Positions 40,750-53,858 are shown, counted from the first letter of the stretch. The stretch is DNA of 64,000 nucleotides from an uncultured Clostridia bacterium (GCA_944392485.1 CALXWO010000001.1:114725-178724), one strand, 5' to 3'. Notes: generated by a model from the letters alone, not told the origin. Numbers and translations: made by a program.

Positions 40750-41697
40750 TTATTTATCGTATTCAAATAAATCTCCTAATGGTTTTGCTTCATTTAGCCT
40801 TTTTATTGCTTCTGCAAACAAAGGTGCAATTGATACTACTTTTATTTTATCAATTCTTTTTTCTGGTTCTAGCGGAATTGTATTTGTTACTACTAACTCT
40901 TTTATTGGTGATTTTTCTATTCTTTCTATTGCTGGTCCTACTAAAACACCATGTGTTGCTCCTGCATAAATTTCTTTTGCTCCATGTGCTTCCAAAATAT
41001 GTGCTGCTTCTACTAAAGTTCCTGCTGTACTTACTTCATCGTCAAATATTACTGCTGTTTTTCCTTCTATATCCCCTATAATATTTGTTGCTACTGCATT
41101 GTCATTATTTGATTCTCTTCTTTTATCTATTAATGCAAGTGGGCATTCAAAAAATTTAGAATATTTATATGCTTTTTTAGAGCTTCCTGCATCTGTTGCA
41201 ACTACTACCATGTTTTCTAATTGTTTGCTCTCAAAATACTTTTCTAGCAAATGTTTTGCTGTTACTCTATCACAAATTATATTAAAATATGCTTGAATTG
41301 CTGGATTGTGTAAATCGCATGTAAGCACATGGTTTACTCCTGCAGCTTCTAATAATGTTGCCATTAATTTTGCTGTTACAGGAACTCTTGATTGATCTTT
41401 TTTATCTGACCTTGAATACATAAAATATGGTAAAACTGCTGTTATCCTTCTTGCTCCTGCTCTTTTTACCGCTTCTATTGTTATTAATAATTCCATTATT
41501 CTTTCGTTTACAGGAGGCTCAGTTGTTTGTACTATGTATACATCTTGTTCTCTAACTGTTTCTTTTAATTGCACAAAATTATTATCATTTGCAAACTTAA
41601 AAGAATCTCTTTCTCCCATTTTTATTCCTAAATTATCGCATATTTCTTTTGTAAATTCTTCTGCGGAATTGCAGGCAAAAATTTTAATATTCTCCAT
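40750..41697 (-). CDS. prs: ribose-phosphate pyrophosphokinase
   Basis: Probable start MENIKIF with AGGGGG RBS; PRPP synthetase motifs (DLHNPAIQAYF, VATDAGSSKKA). Confidence 0.85.
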   Translation of the reverse strand: MENIKIFACNSAEEFTKEICDNLGIKMGERDSFKFANDNNFVQLKETVREQDVYIVQTTEPPVNERIMELLITIEAVKRAGARRITAVLPYFMYSRSDKKDQSRVPVTAKLMATLLEAAGVNHVLTCDLHNPAIQAYFNIICDRVTAKHLLEKYFESKQLENMVVVATDAGSSKKAYKYSKFFECPLALIDKRRESNNDNAVATNIIGDIEGKTAVIFDDEVSTAGTLVEAAHILEAHGAKEIYAGATHGVLVGPAIERIEKSPIKELVVTNTIPLEPEKRIDKIKVVSIAPLFAEAIKRLNEAKPLGDLFEYDK

Positions 41698-41842
41698 CTT
41701 TATCCCCCTATTCAAAATTCGAAGAATTTTTGCACTTTTCTTCCTTTGCTATTAATTCTTCACTTTTTTTGTCGGATTTTAACATATTTATTTTAGCATT
41801 AGCTTTATGGGATTTCAATATTAAAACAAAATAATTTTATAA

Positions 41843-41895
41843 ATTGAATTTTGTTTTGTGATGTGTGAGGTGCAAAGTGTGAGGTTTGCTTTTTA
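41843..41895. repeat. degenerate half-copy of the MITE-like GT-rich module abutting REP array C
   Basis: AAATTGAATTTTG TTTTGTGATGTGTGAGGTGCAAAGTGTGAGGTTTGCTTTTTA versus the 38001 copy. Confidence 0.6.
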
Positions 41896-41898
41896 AAT

Positions 41899-42066
41899 GG
41901 AAAATTTGCTCCGAGCAAAAAAGTCTCTTCGCGGAAAAATTGCTCCGAGCAAAAAAGTCTTCTTGCGGAAAATTTGCTCCGAGCAAAATGGTCTTCTCGC
42001 GGAAAATTTGCTCCGAGCGAAAAAGTCTCCTCGCGGAAAATTTGCTCCGAGCAAAATGGTCTCCGG
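41899..42066. repeat. REP-like tandem array C (5 units)
   Basis: Same 33-34-bp unit, direct orientation; downstream of the rpoC stop. Confidence 0.8.
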
Positions 42067-42072
42067 GCAAAA

Positions 42073-42104
42073 AAACAGAGGGATTTTGTTTCCCTCTGCT
42101 TTTT
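42073..42104. terminator. bidirectional terminator at the rpoC 3' end
   Basis: CAGAGGG-attttgttt-CCCTCTG flanked by A-run and T-run. Confidence 0.6.
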
Positions 42105-45100
42105 TTATTCTACTGATTCACCTGTTTGATTTTCTTGTTCTTCTGTGTTTATATGTATATTTCTATATGCTGGCATTCCTGTTCCTGCTGGGATTAATTT
42201 TCCTATAATTACGTTTTCTTTTAATCCTATTAATGAATCTATTTTTCCTTTTATTGCAGCTTCTGTTAATACTCTTGTTGTTTCTTGGAATGATGCTGCA
42301 GATAGGAAGCTTTCTGTTGCAAGTGATGCTTTTGTTATACCAAGTAATGCTCTTGTTCCTGTTGCAGGTCTTTTTCCTTCTTCTGTTGCTTTTTTGTTTT
42401 CTTCTTCAAATTCATGTATGTCTATTAATTCTCCTGTAAACATTGATGTGTCTCCATTGTCTATTACTTTAATCTTTTTAAGCATTTGTCTTCCTATAAC
42501 TTCTATGTGTTTGTCGTTTATATCAACACCTTGATTTCTATAAACTTTTTGAACTTCAGATGTTAGATAATTATATACACCTTCTGGTCCTTTTATTTCT
42601 AATATTTCGTTTGGATTTATAGATCCTTCTGTAATTGGATCTCCTGCTTTTATTTCATCTCCGTCTTTTACTTTAAGTTTTGATCCAAAGCTAATTGCAT
42701 ATGTTTTTGAGTTGTCTTTTCCTGTAACTGTAACTTCTTTTCTCTTTTTAACTTCTGCAATTTTTACAGTACCGTCTATTTCTGAAATAACTGCAAGTCC
42801 TTTTGGTTTTCTTGCCTCGAATAATTCTTCAACCCTAGGTAAACCTTGTGTAATGTCTCCTCCTGCTACACCACCTGTGTGGAAAGTTCTCATTGTAAGC
42901 TGTGTACCTGGCTCACCAATTGATTGTGCAGCTATTATTCCTACTGCTTCTCCTATACTTACTTCTTTTCTTGTTGCAAGTCCCATTCCATAGCATTTTG
43001 CACATACTCCATGTTTTGTTCTGCATCCTAAAACTGAACGTACTTCTACTTTTGTTATACCTGCTTTTACTATTTTTTCTGCTATGTCTGGTGTGATTAA
43101 TGTATCTGTATCTGCAAGTAGTTCTTTTGTTTTTGGATCTATTATATTATGTAGTGGATATCTACCAACTAATCTTTCTTCTAATTTCTCTATTATTTGG
43201 TTTCCATCTTTTATATCTTCTATTTCTATTCCTTCAATTGTTCCACAATCATGTTCTCTAACAATTATGTCTTGTGCAACATCAACTAATCTTCTTGTTA
43301 AGTATCCAGAGTCTGCTGTTCTTAAAGCAGTATCTGCTAAACCTTTTCTTGCACCGTGTGAAGAAATAAAGTATTCTAGAACATCTAGTCCTTCTCTGAA
43401 GCATGATTTAATTGGTATTTCTACAGTTTTTCCTGATGTGTTAGCCATAAGTCCACGCATACCTGCAATTTGACGTAATTGGTTCATGTTACCTCTTGCT
43501 CCAGATTGAGCCATCATGTATATTGGGTTTAAATCGTCAAAATTATCTTTCATAGCTTCTGTAACGTCGTTTGTTGCTTTTTCCCATACTTTAATTATTG
43601 AAGAATATCTTTCATCTTCTGTTATTAAACCACGTTTATATTGTTTTCCTATTTCTTCTACTTGTTTTTCACTGTCTGCAAGTATTTTTTTCTTTGCTGC
43701 TGGTACTGCAACATCATGTACAGAAACAGTAATTGCACCTTTTGTAGAATATTTAAATCCAAGTGCTTTAATGTAATCTAGTAATTCTGCAGATCTATTT
43801 AATCCGTGTTTATCTATACATTTTGCAATTATTGTTCCTAAATTCTTTTTCATAACAGGAAAATCTATTTCTAAATCAAATGCTTTATCTGGATCTGTTC
43901 TATCTACAAAACCTAAGTCTTGTGGAACTTGTTCGTTATATATTAATCTTCCTACTGTTGCAATTATTGTTTTTGTTTTCTTTTCTCCGTTTATTTCTTT
44001 AGTTATTCTTACTTTAACTTTAGCGTGTAAACCTACATCTCCATTTTGATAAGCAAGAAGTGCTTCGTCTACATCTTTAAAGTACATTCCTTCGCCTTTT
44101 TCTCCATCTATTTGCATTGTTAAATAATAGCTTCCTAGTATCATATCTTGTGTAGGAACTGTAACTGGTTTACCATCTTGTGGTTTTAAAAGGTTATTTA
44201 CAGAAAGCATTAAATATCTTGCTTCTGCTTGTGCTTCTGGAGATAATGGAACGTGTACTGCCATTTGGTCTCCGTCAAAGTCAGCATTGAAGGCTGTACA
44301 AACTAATGGATGTAATTTTATTGCTCTTCCTTCTACTAACACTGGCTCAAATGCTTGTATACCTAATCTATGTAAAGTTGGTGCACGGTTTAGCATAACT
44401 GGATGGTCAGAAATTACTTCTTCTAGTATATCCCATACTTCTGGTCTTAATCTTTCTACCATTCTTTTTGCATTTTTTATATTATGTGCTATTCCTCTTC
44501 CAACTAATTCATGCATAACAAATGGTTTAAATAGCTCTATTGCCATTTCTTTTGGAAGTCCGCATTGATATATTTTAAGTTCTGGCCCTACTACTATAAC
44601 TGAACGTCCTGAATAGTCAACACGTTTTCCAAGTAAGTTTTGACGGAAACGTCCTTGTTTTCCTTTAAGCATATCTGATAATGATTTTAAAGGTCTATTT
44701 CCAGCACCTGTAACTGGTCTTCCACGTCTTCCGTTATCTATTAAAGCATCTACAGATTCTTGAAGCATTCTCTTTTCGTTTCTTACAATTATTTCTGGTG
44801 CTCCTAATTCTAATAATCTTTTTAACCTATTATTTCTGTTTATAACTCTTCTGTATAAATCATTTAAGTCAGATGTTGCAAATCTTCCTCCATCTAGTTG
44901 AACCATTGGTCTTAGTTCTGGTGGTATTACTGGAATAACACTCATTACCATCCATTCTGGTTTGTTTCCAGATAGTCTAAAGCTTTCTACTGTATCTAGT
45001 CTTTTTACTAGCTTTGATTTTTTTTGTTCACTTGCTTTTTCTAGTTCTTTTTTTAGTTTTGCTGATAATTTTTCTAAGTCTACTTCTTGCAATAATGTTC

Positions 45101-45668
45101 TTATTGCTTCTGCTCCCATTTTTGCAACAAAAGAACCTTTTCCGTATTTTTCTTCTGCCTCTCTATATTCTTTTTCTGATAATACTTGGCATTTCATAAG
45201 GTCTGTTTTTCCTTTGTCAAGTACTATATATGAAGCAAAATATATAACTTTTTCTAGACTTCTTGGAGATATATCTAGAATTAAAGCTACTCTGCTAGGT
45301 ATTCCTTTAAAATACCAAATATGTGCAACAGGTGCTGCAAGTTCAATATGTCCCATTCTTTCACGTCTTACTTTTGATTTTGTAACTTCTACTCCACATC
45401 TATCGCATATAATTCCTTTATATCTTACTCTTTTATATTTACCACAATGACATTCCCAGTCTTTTGTTGGTCCGAATATTTTTTCACAAAATAGTCCATC
45501 TTTTTCTGGTTTTAAAGTTCTATAGTTTATTGTCTCTGGTTTTTTTACTTCACCTTTTGACCATTCTCTAATTTTTTCGTCAGATGCAAGTCCTACTTTT
45601 ATTTTATTAAATATGTTTAACTCATCTTTAACTTCTTTGTTTTCCATTAAGGCTCTTTCCTCCTTCAA
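42105..45668 (-). CDS. rpoC: DNA-directed RNA polymerase subunit beta'
   Basis: 1187-aa intact [12 protein letters not shown] catalytic motif, zinc-binding Cys clusters. Confidence 0.95.
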   Translation of the reverse strand: MKEERALMENKEVKDELNIFNKIKVGLASDEKIREWSKGEVKKPETINYRTLKPEKDGLFCEKIFGPTKDWECHCGKYKRVRYKGIICDRCGVEVTKSKVRRERMGHIELAAPVAHIWYFKGIPSRVALILDISPRSLEKVIYFASYIVLDKGKTDLMKCQVLSEKEYREAEEKYGKGSFVAKMGAEAIRTLLQEVDLEKLSAKLKKELEKASEQKKSKLVKRLDTVESFRLSGNKPEWMVMSVIPVIPPELRPMVQLDGGRFATSDLNDLYRRVINRNNRLKRLLELGAPEIIVRNEKRMLQESVDALIDNGRRGRPVTGAGNRPLKSLSDMLKGKQGRFRQNLLGKRVDYSGRSVIVVGPELKIYQCGLPKEMAIELFKPFVMHELVGRGIAHNIKNAKRMVERLRPEVWDILEEVISDHPVMLNRAPTLHRLGIQAFEPVLVEGRAIKLHPLVCTAFNADFDGDQMAVHVPLSPEAQAEARYLMLSVNNLLKPQDGKPVTVPTQDMILGSYYLTMQIDGEKGEGMYFKDVDEALLAYQNGDVGLHAKVKVRITKEINGEKKTKTIIATVGRLIYNEQVPQDLGFVDRTDPDKAFDLEIDFPVMKKNLGTIIAKCIDKHGLNRSAELLDYIKALGFKYSTKGAITVSVHDVAVPAAKKKILADSEKQVEEIGKQYKRGLITEDERYSSIIKVWEKATNDVTEAMKDNFDDLNPIYMMAQSGARGNMNQLRQIAGMRGLMANTSGKTVEIPIKSCFREGLDVLEYFISSHGARKGLADTALRTADSGYLTRRLVDVAQDIIVREHDCGTIEGIEIEDIKDGNQIIEKLEERLVGRYPLHNIIDPKTKELLADTDTLITPDIAEKIVKAGITKVEVRSVLGCRTKHGVCAKCYGMGLATRKEVSIGEAVGIIAAQSIGEPGTQLTMRTFHTGGVAGGDITQGLPRVEELFEARKPKGLAVISEIDGTVKIAEVKKRKEVTVTGKDNSKTYAISFGSKLKVKDGDEIKAGDPITEGSINPNEILEIKGPEGVYNYLTSEVQKVYRNQGVDINDKHIEVIGRQMLKKIKVIDNGDTSMFTGELIDIHEFEEENKKATEEGKRPATGTRALLGITKASLATESFLSAASFQETTRVLTEAAIKGKIDSLIGLKENVIIGKLIPAGTGMPAYRNIHINTEEQENQTGESVE

Positions 45669-45689
45669 AATTCGTATGTATGTAGGGTC

Positions 45690-45895
45690 AGATTCTATAT
45701 CTGCTCAGGCGAAAATACATCCCGCCCCTACAATATTTGTAATGCGTTTTTACAATATCTCTAAAATTAAATATACACTGCTCGAACAATTCCTTCCTGT
45801 GATTTAATTTTATTATATTGTTTTATTCAATTAAATCCATATTTGTAGGGGCGATTTTTAATCGCCCGCGGACGAACACAGTTCGTCCCTACAAT
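45690..45895. repeat. two GC-rich multi-hairpin elements delimited by TGTAGGG...CCCTACA in the rpoB-rpoC spacer
   Basis: GTAGGGTCAGATTC...CATCCCGCCCCTACAA and TGTAGGGGCGATTTTTAATCGCCCGCGGACGAACACAGTTCGTCCCTACAATG; >55% GC in a <30% GC genome. Confidence 0.7.
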
Positions 45896-45949
45896 GTCTT
45901 TTATAAAACGAAGCAAAATTGGTATATTGTGCATTTTAGTTACTTTTGC

Positions 45950-48900
45950 TTATTCATCTAAAATATCCTTATCATTCATAAGATTATCTGTTGCAAGGTC
46001 ATTATCAAATATTTCAGAGTCTTCTTCTAAAGCTAATTCGTCTTCATTTAAATCTTCTTCAAAGTCTTCTTCTATAAAGTCTCCAGATATTTCTTCTTCA
46101 TCTATAACTGTATCTTCTTCTGGCATAACTTTATTTAGATCTTCTAGGTTTAAATCTATTCCTTCATCTATGTTTTCTTTTAGTTCTAATTCTTCATCAT
46201 CTTCTGAATACAAGCGTACATCTAAACCTAAACTTTGTAATTCTTTAACTAATACTTTAAAGCTTTCTGGAACTCCTGGTTCTGGAACATTTTCTCCTTT
46301 AACAATTGATTCGTATGTTTTTACTCTTCCTACTACGTCGTCAGATTTTATTGTTAAAATTTCTTGTAGTGTATATGCTGCTCCATATGCTTCTAATGCC
46401 CATACTTCCATTTCTCCAAATCTTTGTCCACCAAATTGTGCTTTACCTCCAAGAGGTTGTTGTGTAACAAGTGAATATGGTCCTGTAGAACGTGCATGTA
46501 TTTTATCGTCTACTAAGTGGTGAAGTTTAAGCATGTACATTACACCAACTGTTATTGGTTTGTCAAAAGGTTCTCCAGTTCTTCCATCATAAAGAATTGT
46601 TTTTCCATCTTCTGATAGACCAGATTCTTTTAACATCTCTACAATATCTTCTTCTGTTGCTCCATCAAATACTGGTGTTGCAACTTTCATTCCAAGTAAT
46701 CTTGCTGCTGCACCTAGGTGAACTTCTAAAACTTGCCCTAAGTTCATACGTGAAGGTACACCAAGTGGATTTAATACAACGTCAACTGGTGTTCCGTCTG
46801 GCATAAATGGCATATCTTCTACTGGTAATATTCTTGAAATAACACCTTTATTACCATGACGTCCAGACATTTTATCTCCAACTGATATTTTTCTTTTTTG
46901 AGCTATGTATACACGAATTACTTCGTTTACTCCTGGCCCTAGTTCATCTGAATTTTCTCTATTATATATTTTTACATCAACTACTGTTCCTGCTTCTCCA
47001 TGTGGTACTTTTAAAGATGTATCTCTTACTTCTCTTGCTTTTTCTCCAAATATTGCACGAAGTAATCTTTCTTCTGCAGATAGTTCTGTTTCTCCTTTTG
47101 GTGTAACTTTTCCAACCAATATATCTCCTGGTCTTACTTCTGCTCCAATTCTTATAATACCATTTTCATCTAAATCTTTTAAACTTTCTTCACCTGTATT
47201 AGGTATGTCTCTTGTTATTTCTTCTGCTCCAAGTTTTGTGTCTCTACATTCACAATCATATTCTTCTATATGAATTGATGTATAAACGTCTTCTTTAACT
47301 AATCTTTCACTTAATAAAATAGCATCCTCATAGTTATATCCTTCCCAAGTTGTAAATGCTATAAGAACATTTTTACCAAGTGCCATTTCTCCATTTTGTG
47401 TAGAAGGCCCGTCTGCAATTACATCATTTGCTTTTACTTTTTCTCCTTTTACTACTATTGGGTGTTGGTTAATACATGTTCCTCCATTTGTTCTTTTAAA
47501 TTTACGTAGTTTATATGTATCTTTTTCTCCGTTTTTAGTTTTTATAATAATTTCGTCACCTGTAACTCTTTCAACTACACCATCATTTTTTGCAAGAACC
47601 ATTATTCCTGAGTCTTTTGCTGCTTTATATTCTATACCTGTTCCAACTATTGGAGAATCTGTAATCATAAGAGGCACTGCTTGACGTTGCATGTTTGCAC
47701 CCATTAATGCACGGTTTGCGTCATCATGCTCTAAGAAAGGAATCATTGCTGCACCTACAGAAACTAATTGTTTTGGAGATACGTCTATGTAATCCACTTT
47801 GTCTGCTTCTACTTCTGTAACTTCATCTAAGTATCTTACTTTTATTTTTTTGTTTTTAAATTTACCGTCTTTTGTCATTGGCTCTGTTGCTTGTGCAATT
47901 ATATGTCCATCTTCTTCATCTGCTGTCATATATATAACTTCATCTGTTACTTTATGTGTTTTTGGATCAATTTTTCTATATGGTGTTTCTACAAATCCAT
48001 ATTCGTTTATTACTGCAAATGTTGAAAGTGCAGATATTAACCCAATGTTTGGTCCTTCTGGTGATTCTATTGGACAAAGTCTTCCATAGTGAGTATAGTG
48101 AACGTCACGAACTTCGAATCCTGCTCTTTCTCTTGAAAGTCCTCCAGGTCCTAATGCTGAAATTCTTCTTTTATGTGTTAATTCTGATAATGGGTTTGTT
48201 TGATCCATAAATTGTGACAATTGTGAACTACCAAAAAATTCTCTAATTGATGATGTTATTGGCTTTGTATTTATTAATGTTTGTGGTGTTATAACATCTA
48301 GGTCTTGTATTGTCATTCTTTCACGAACAACTCTTTCAAGTCTTGTAAGACCAATTCTAAATTGGTTTTGTAATAGCTCACCTACACATCTAATACGTCT
48401 ATTTCCTAAATGGTCAATGTCATCTACTTTTCCTAGCCCATATTGTAAATTTAATAAATAGTTTACTGATGAAATCATGTCTTCTGTTACAATATGTTTT
48501 GGAACTAATTCTTCTTCTCTTTCTTCTATTACTTTTTTTAGATCTTTTTTATCTGTATTGTCTAATATATTTTTTAACACTTCATAGTTTACTAATTCTT
48601 TAATTTTTATTCCTAACTTGTCTACATCTACATATGCTCTAATATCAACTGTTCCATTACCAATTACTCTAATTTTTTGGTCATCTACTTTTATATCTAC
48701 TATGTTTATTCCTAAATTTTGTATTTCTTTTGCTTTTTCTTCTGATATTATTGCATCTTTTTCTACTAAAATTTCTCCAGTTTCGCTGTTTAAAATGTCA
48801 TTAAATGCTACTTGTCCTGCTATTCTAGATGCTAAGTTAAGTTTTTTATTATATTTGTATCTTCCTACTTTTGCTAAATCATATCTTCTTTTATCGAAAA

Positions 48901-49672
48901 ATAAATTGTTAAATAAATTTCTAGCAGCATCAACTGTTGGAAGCTCTCCTGGTCTTAATTTTTTATAAATTTCTACTATTGCTTCTTCACTAGTTTTTAC
49001 AGTATCTTTTGCAATTGTTGCTAGTATTTTTTTATCTTCTCCAAACACATCTATTATTTGGTCATCAGAAACAAGCCCTATTGCTCTTAATAGAACTGTT
49101 ACAGGTAGCTTTCTTGTTCTGTCTATTCTTACATAGAATATATCGTTACTGTCTGTTTCATACTCAAGCCATGCTCCTCTAATTGGCATAACTGTAGCTT
49201 TATATAGTTTTTTGCCTGATTTGTCATAATCTGACTCATAATAACAGCCTGGTGAACGTACAAGTTGGCTTACTACAACTCTTTCAGCACCATTAATTAC
49301 AAAAGTACCACTATCTGTCATTAATGGAAAATCACCTAAATAAATTTCTTGTTCTTTAATTTCTCCAGTTTCACGGTTAATTAGTCTTACTTTTACATGT
49401 AATCTTGTAGAATAAGTTGCATCCCTTTCTTTTGCTTCTTCTACTGAATATTTAGTTTTTTCTTCCATATAATAATCAAAAAACTCTAAAACTAAATTAC
49501 CAGAATAATCTACAATTGGTGATATATCTTTTAAAACTTCTCCTAAACCTTCTTTAATAAACCAATTGTAAGAATCTTTTTGCACCTGAATAAGGTTTGG
49601 CATTCCTATAAAATCCCCTATTCTTGCAAATGTTTTTCTTGTTGCTTTTTCATACTTTAAGTCTTTTAACAA
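45950..49672 (-). CDS. rpoB: DNA-directed RNA polymerase subunit beta
   Basis: 1240-aa intact ORF with canonical RpoB blocks. Confidence 0.95.
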   Translation of the reverse strand: MLKDLKYEKATRKTFARIGDFIGMPNLIQVQKDSYNWFIKEGLGEVLKDISPIVDYSGNLVLEFFDYYMEEKTKYSVEEAKERDATYSTRLHVKVRLINRETGEIKEQEIYLGDFPLMTDSGTFVINGAERVVVSQLVRSPGCYYESDYDKSGKKLYKATVMPIRGAWLEYETDSNDIFYVRIDRTRKLPVTVLLRAIGLVSDDQIIDVFGEDKKILATIAKDTVKTSEEAIVEIYKKLRPGELPTVDAARNLFNNLFFDKRRYDLAKVGRYKYNKKLNLASRIAGQVAFNDILNSETGEILVEKDAIISEEKAKEIQNLGINIVDIKVDDQKIRVIGNGTVDIRAYVDVDKLGIKIKELVNYEVLKNILDNTDKKDLKKVIEEREEELVPKHIVTEDMISSVNYLLNLQYGLGKVDDIDHLGNRRIRCVGELLQNQFRIGLTRLERVVRERMTIQDLDVITPQTLINTKPITSSIREFFGSSQLSQFMDQTNPLSELTHKRRISALGPGGLSRERAGFEVRDVHYTHYGRLCPIESPEGPNIGLISALSTFAVINEYGFVETPYRKIDPKTHKVTDEVIYMTADEEDGHIIAQATEPMTKDGKFKNKKIKVRYLDEVTEVEADKVDYIDVSPKQLVSVGAAMIPFLEHDDANRALMGANMQRQAVPLMITDSPIVGTGIEYKAAKDSGIMVLAKNDGVVERVTGDEIIIKTKNGEKDTYKLRKFKRTNGGTCINQHPIVVKGEKVKANDVIADGPSTQNGEMALGKNVLIAFTTWEGYNYEDAILLSERLVKEDVYTSIHIEEYDCECRDTKLGAEEITRDIPNTGEESLKDLDENGIIRIGAEVRPGDILVGKVTPKGETELSAEERLLRAIFGEKAREVRDTSLKVPHGEAGTVVDVKIYNRENSDELGPGVNEVIRVYIAQKRKISVGDKMSGRHGNKGVISRILPVEDMPFMPDGTPVDVVLNPLGVPSRMNLGQVLEVHLGAAARLLGMKVATPVFDGATEEDIVEMLKESGLSEDGKTILYDGRTGEPFDKPITVGVMYMLKLHHLVDDKIHARSTGPYSLVTQQPLGGKAQFGGQRFGEMEVWALEAYGAAYTLQEILTIKSDDVVGRVKTYESIVKGENVPEPGVPESFKVLVKELQSLGLDVRLYSEDDEELELKENIDEGIDLNLEDLNKVMPEEDTVIDEEEISGDFIEEDFEEDLNEDELALEEDSEIFDNDLATDNLMNDKDILDE

Positions 49673-50350
49673 AATAAATCAACTCCCCCTAATTTTAATG
49701 AAAAGTTAAGAGTGAAGAGTTAAAAGTTTTGGAATTTTTCGACATTTAGCCGAAAAATAACATTTACTATTCATTCTTCCTTTCTAACTATTCATTTTCT
49801 TTTTTGTTTGAGCAGATATATTTATTTAGAAATTCTAAGTTATAAGTTTCTAACTCGTAATTCCTAACCAAATCAAACAAGGTCCCTCTTAAATATTAAT
49901 GTATTATAATCGCCAAAACCGTACTGCCCTAAATGAGTTTTGATTATTATAACCTAAATTAATATTTAATTCCTCCTTACTTGATTATTTTAAACAACAC
50001 AAAAAAGTGTAGGAGATTTGTTTTTTATTTTACTCAACGGACGTATGTAATGCTTACGTCCCTACACTTTTTTTAATTTTATCTATTTAATAACAATTAT
50101 ATTTTTTATCTTAACCACCCTTATTATATAAGAGCTACATATTCTATGACAAAATATGTGCTGTATAATAATATCATATAAAAATGTGGCTTGTCAACAT
50201 TTTGTAATATTTTTTTAACATTTGTGTTGTGAGAAGTGGGATGTGGGAAGTGTGAAATTAGAGTAAACCTAACAATACCTAGCCCTAAAAAGCATACCTC
50301 ACACCTCACACTTCGCATATCACATATCACAAAAACAAATTACAATTTGT

Positions 50351-50866
50351 TTAATTACTTTTTATAATATGATTTATCTTTCCTAAAAATTCACCTATAT
50401 GTGGACTGCTGGCTCGTCCATAATTAATAGAATTATAATTATTGTTTTTAAAATCTATTTGCCATTCTAAAATATTATACTCTTTTTTATTTTTAATTTC
50501 ATTATTTAAATCCAGCACAAAGAATCTAGGTATTTTTTTAGCCAGCACTAAGCTTGCGCAAACAGTTTGCAAGCATTTATTATTAGATGCTGGCATTATA
50601 AAATTTAAAACTTTGAGTTCATTGTCCAATATGGAATATGAAATTCCAAAATCTTTTGGGTTGACTTGTAAATCCAAATCTATAATATCAAAATCATCTA
50701 TCCACTCAGCTTCAATTTTTGTTTCATTCCATAATTTACAAAGGTATTGTTTTAATATGTCAGGCCCTTGTACTAGTAGGGTGTTAAACTTTTCCCACTC
50801 TTCAAATACAAAATCTCTTAATTTTTCGTTTGCCAATAAGTAACTTATACTTATTTTTTCTTCCAT
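50351..50866 (-). CDS. hypothetical protein (171 aa)
   Basis: ORF only; flanked by repeat elements. Confidence 0.35.
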   Translation of the reverse strand: MEEKISISYLLANEKLRDFVFEEWEKFNTLLVQGPDILKQYLCKLWNETKIEAEWIDDFDIIDLDLQVNPKDFGISYSILDNELKVLNFIMPASNNKCLQTVCASLVLAKKIPRFFVLDLNNEIKNKKEYNILEWQIDFKNNNYNSINYGRASSPHIGEFLGKINHIIKSN

Positions 50867-51113
50867 ATCTTCACCTATTTATATATACTTTATATTTATA
50901 CTTAAAATAATATCATAGTACAGCCATGTTGGAAATAATGTTATAGTTTTTATTAATCGTTAATTGACATAATTTTTATGTTTTTTGTTTTTCCCAATAT
51001 ATGCCATAATATAACAATCTTCCTTTGATTTTTAAATTATGTATTTTTATCATAATAAAATTATATTAAATTTGTATTAATAAATGCATAAATTAAATTG
51101 TTACTTTTTATTT

Positions 51114-51416
51114 TTAATCTGTGAAAATGTTTATCGAATTTAAAATATCTCTAGAATGGTGAATAATTTTTAAGATATAAATGTTAGAATTAACTTTATA
51201 AAAAATTCTATATGATTTGTATATTAATTCTCTAAAATTTTTATTATCGTATTCGGGTATCTTTCTTCCCATATATGGAAATGTTGATAAATATTTTATT
51301 TTTTCTATTATTCCTTCTATTGTTTTATTTGCATAATATATAGAATTTCTTGAAATATATTTTTGTATTTGTTTTAAATCATCTTTAGCATCTAATTCTA
51401 GTTTTATATTTACCAA
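51114..51416 (-). CDS. type II toxin RelE/ParE family
   Basis: About 100 aa, ...PYMGRKIPEYDNKNFRELIYKSYRIFYKVNSNIYILKIIHHSRD... RelE/ParE signature; TTG start. Confidence 0.55.
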   Translation of the reverse strand: MVNIKLELDAKDDLKQIQKYISRNSIYYANKTIEGIIEKIKYLSTFPYMGRKIPEYDNKNFRELIYKSYRIFYKVNSNIYILKIIHHSRDILNSINIFTD

Positions 51417-51621
51417 TATTAAGTTCTCTTTCTATTTCATCTATTGTATAAGTTAACCCTAACTCTATTCCTTTTTCTCCGCGTGCTACACATATATTTA
51501 CTATATCTGCTCTTGTTGAATTTGGGGCATTTATTATCTCTTTTTCCATTTTGCATAATTCCTCATAAGGTAATTTTTTTAATTCTTCAAGTTTTCTTCT
51601 GTTTTCCTCAACATATGTCAT
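51385..51621 (-). CDS. putative cognate antitoxin (78 aa), overlapping the toxin start by 32 nt
   Basis: Position and size only. Confidence 0.3.
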   Translation of the reverse strand: MTYVEENRRKLEELKKLPYEELCKMEKEIINAPNSTRADIVNICVARGEKGIELGLTYTIDEIERELNIGKYKTRIRC

Positions 51622-51775
51622 AATATCACAACCTTTCTTTGGTTTTTAATTTATGCATTTATTTGAAAATTATTATATATTAAAAGGAAAAAACTGTCAA
51701 TTGTTTTTTTGACAGTTTTTGTTGGTAATTGTTTGGAAATTGGAATTTAAATGAGAAAATTAATTGCAAACATTG

Positions 51776-51947
51776 TAGGGGCGAACTGTGTTCGCCCGCA
51801 AACAAATCATTTTTGGCAGATATGGAATCTGCCCCTACAACGTTTTCAATAAAATTTTTGTTTTTCAGACGGCTTTCTTGCCGTCCCTACATTTCTAACA
51901 TCTAATTTCTAACATCTAACCTCTAAATTACAATTTATACTTTTCTC
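51776..51947. repeat. GC-rich TGTAGGG...CCCTACA hairpin elements plus TCTAACATCTAA direct repeats and a solo MITE terminal inverted repeat (CTAAATTACAATTT) at the hydA 3' end
   Basis: TGTAGGGGCGAACTGTGTTCGCCCGC...GGCAGATATGGAATCTGCCCCTACAACG; GACGGCTTTCTTGCCGTCCCTACA. Confidence 0.7.
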
Positions 51948-53677
51948 TTTTATGGTATGTTGTATGTAATAATTCATGTGCTTTATGGCTTCCTGGTTTT
52001 TCTAAATATTCTTTATATAATTTTATCATTACTGGATTTTCGTGTGATTTTCTAACAACGCTTTTTTCATCAATGCTATATAAGCAGTCTGCTCTTAATT
52101 TTTTTACATCGTATTTACTTCTTTGTTTTGATGTTTTTATTGGCTGTCCTCCACCCATTATACATCCTCCTGGGCATGCCATTATTTCTACGAATTGATA
52201 ATCTGCCTTTCCTGATTTTATTTCTTCCATTATTTTTCTTGCGTTAGAAAGTCCACTTACTACTGCAACTTTAACAACTTTATCTCCAATTTTTATGCTG
52301 GCTCTTTTTATTCCCTTTTGTCCTCTTACGGCTTCGAAATTTAGTTTCTTTAGTTCTTCTCCTGTTATTGTTTCATATGCGGTACGAAGAGCCGCTTCCA
52401 TTACTCCTCCTGTTACTCCAAATATTGCTCCTGCTCCACTTGCTTCTCCCATTGGGCTATCAAACTTACTATCTTCTAATTCTACAAAATCAATATTTGC
52501 TTGTTTTATCATTCTAGCAAGTTCACGTGTTGTAATTACTGCATCTACATTATCTAATTTATCATTTTTTAATTCTTCTCTTTGTCTTTCAAATTTTTTT
52601 GCTATACATGGCATTACTGATACAACAAACATTTTCTTTGGGTCTATATTTTCTTTTTCTGCATAATACGTTTTCAAAATTGCTCCAAACATTTCATGTG
52701 GTGATTTACAACTTGATAAATGGTCTAATAATTCTGGATAATTCATTTCTATATATTTTACCCATCCAGGACTACAAGATGTTATCATTGGAAGTGTTCC
52801 ACCTTTTGTAAATCTTTCCACAAATTCGTTTGCTTCCTCCATAATTGTTAAATCTGCACCTGTATTTGTATCAAATACTCTATCAAATCCCAATATTTTA
52901 AGTGATGTTACCATTTTACCTGTTACATTTGTACCAATTTTCATTCCAAATTCTTCTCCTAATGCTGCTCTTACTGCTGGTGCTGTTTGTACAACTACAA
53001 ATGTATCTTCGTCTTTTAATTTTTCCCATACTACATCTGTACTATCTTTTTCGCGAAGAGCTCCCACCGGACATGCTGTAATACATTGCCCACAAAATGT
53101 GCAATTAACATCATTTAAACTATTATCTCCAACAGTTGAAACACATGAATTAAATCCTCTATTTACACAATCTATTGCACCTATTTTTTGTATGTTTTTA
53201 CATGTTGATATACATCTTCTGCAAAGAATACATTTATTAAAATCTCTAACTATTGAAGGTGATAAGTCATCAATTTTATGTTTTGTTCTTTCTCCTTCAT
53301 ATTCTACATCTGTTACATTAAATTGCATAGCAAGTGTTTGAAGTTCACAATTTCCGTTTCTAGTACATGTTAAGCAGTCTCTTTGATGATTTGACAAGAT
53401 TAAATCTAATATTACTTTTCTTGCCTCCATAATTTGCTTCGAATGAGTATGTACTCGCATTCCTTCTTCTACTTGTTGAATACAAGATGTAGCAAATCCT
53501 TTTTTTCCGCTCCACTTCTACTATACATATTCTACAGTCTCCTATAGCATTTACTTCTTTTAAAAAGCAAAGAGTTGGAATATCAATATTTGCTTGCTTT
53601 GCAGCTTGCAAAATTGTAGTACCCTTTGGAACTTCTACATCTATTCCATCAATATTTAATTTAACCATATCAGACAT
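51928..53677 (-). CDS. hydA: [FeFe]-hydrogenase catalytic subunit HydA (N-terminal 2Fe-2S ferredoxin domain + H-cluster domain) with a +1 (CGG) site at 53507-53509
   Basis: MSDMVKLNIDGIDVEVPKGTTILQAAKQANIDIPTLCF...CRICIVEVE then sense GAG CGG AAA. Skipping the C gives VEGKKGFATSCIQQVEEGMRVHTHSKQIMEARK...; H-cluster motifs TSCSPGW, MPCIAKK, EIMACPGGC. Confidence 0.8.
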
Positions 53678-53858
53678 ACTGCTTCTCCTTTCGTTTTTCG
53701 GGTCACCTAAAGGCATCTCCCCCTACAGGTCTATTTATTGAAACAAATCAAAAACGAGCAGTTCTAGGCAAACGAATAAAAATTTTTGAGATTATACGCT
53801 GTATATCGAAAAAATTTTTATGAAGTTTAACAACGAAATGCGACGTTTTTCATTTGTT

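Noticed and set aside
51385-51621. Confident assignment of the 78-aa ORF as the RelE/ParE antitoxin
   Set aside because: Only position and size support it. The 32-nt overlap with the toxin start is unusual and there is no recognisable antitoxin fold motif. It is kept at low confidence.
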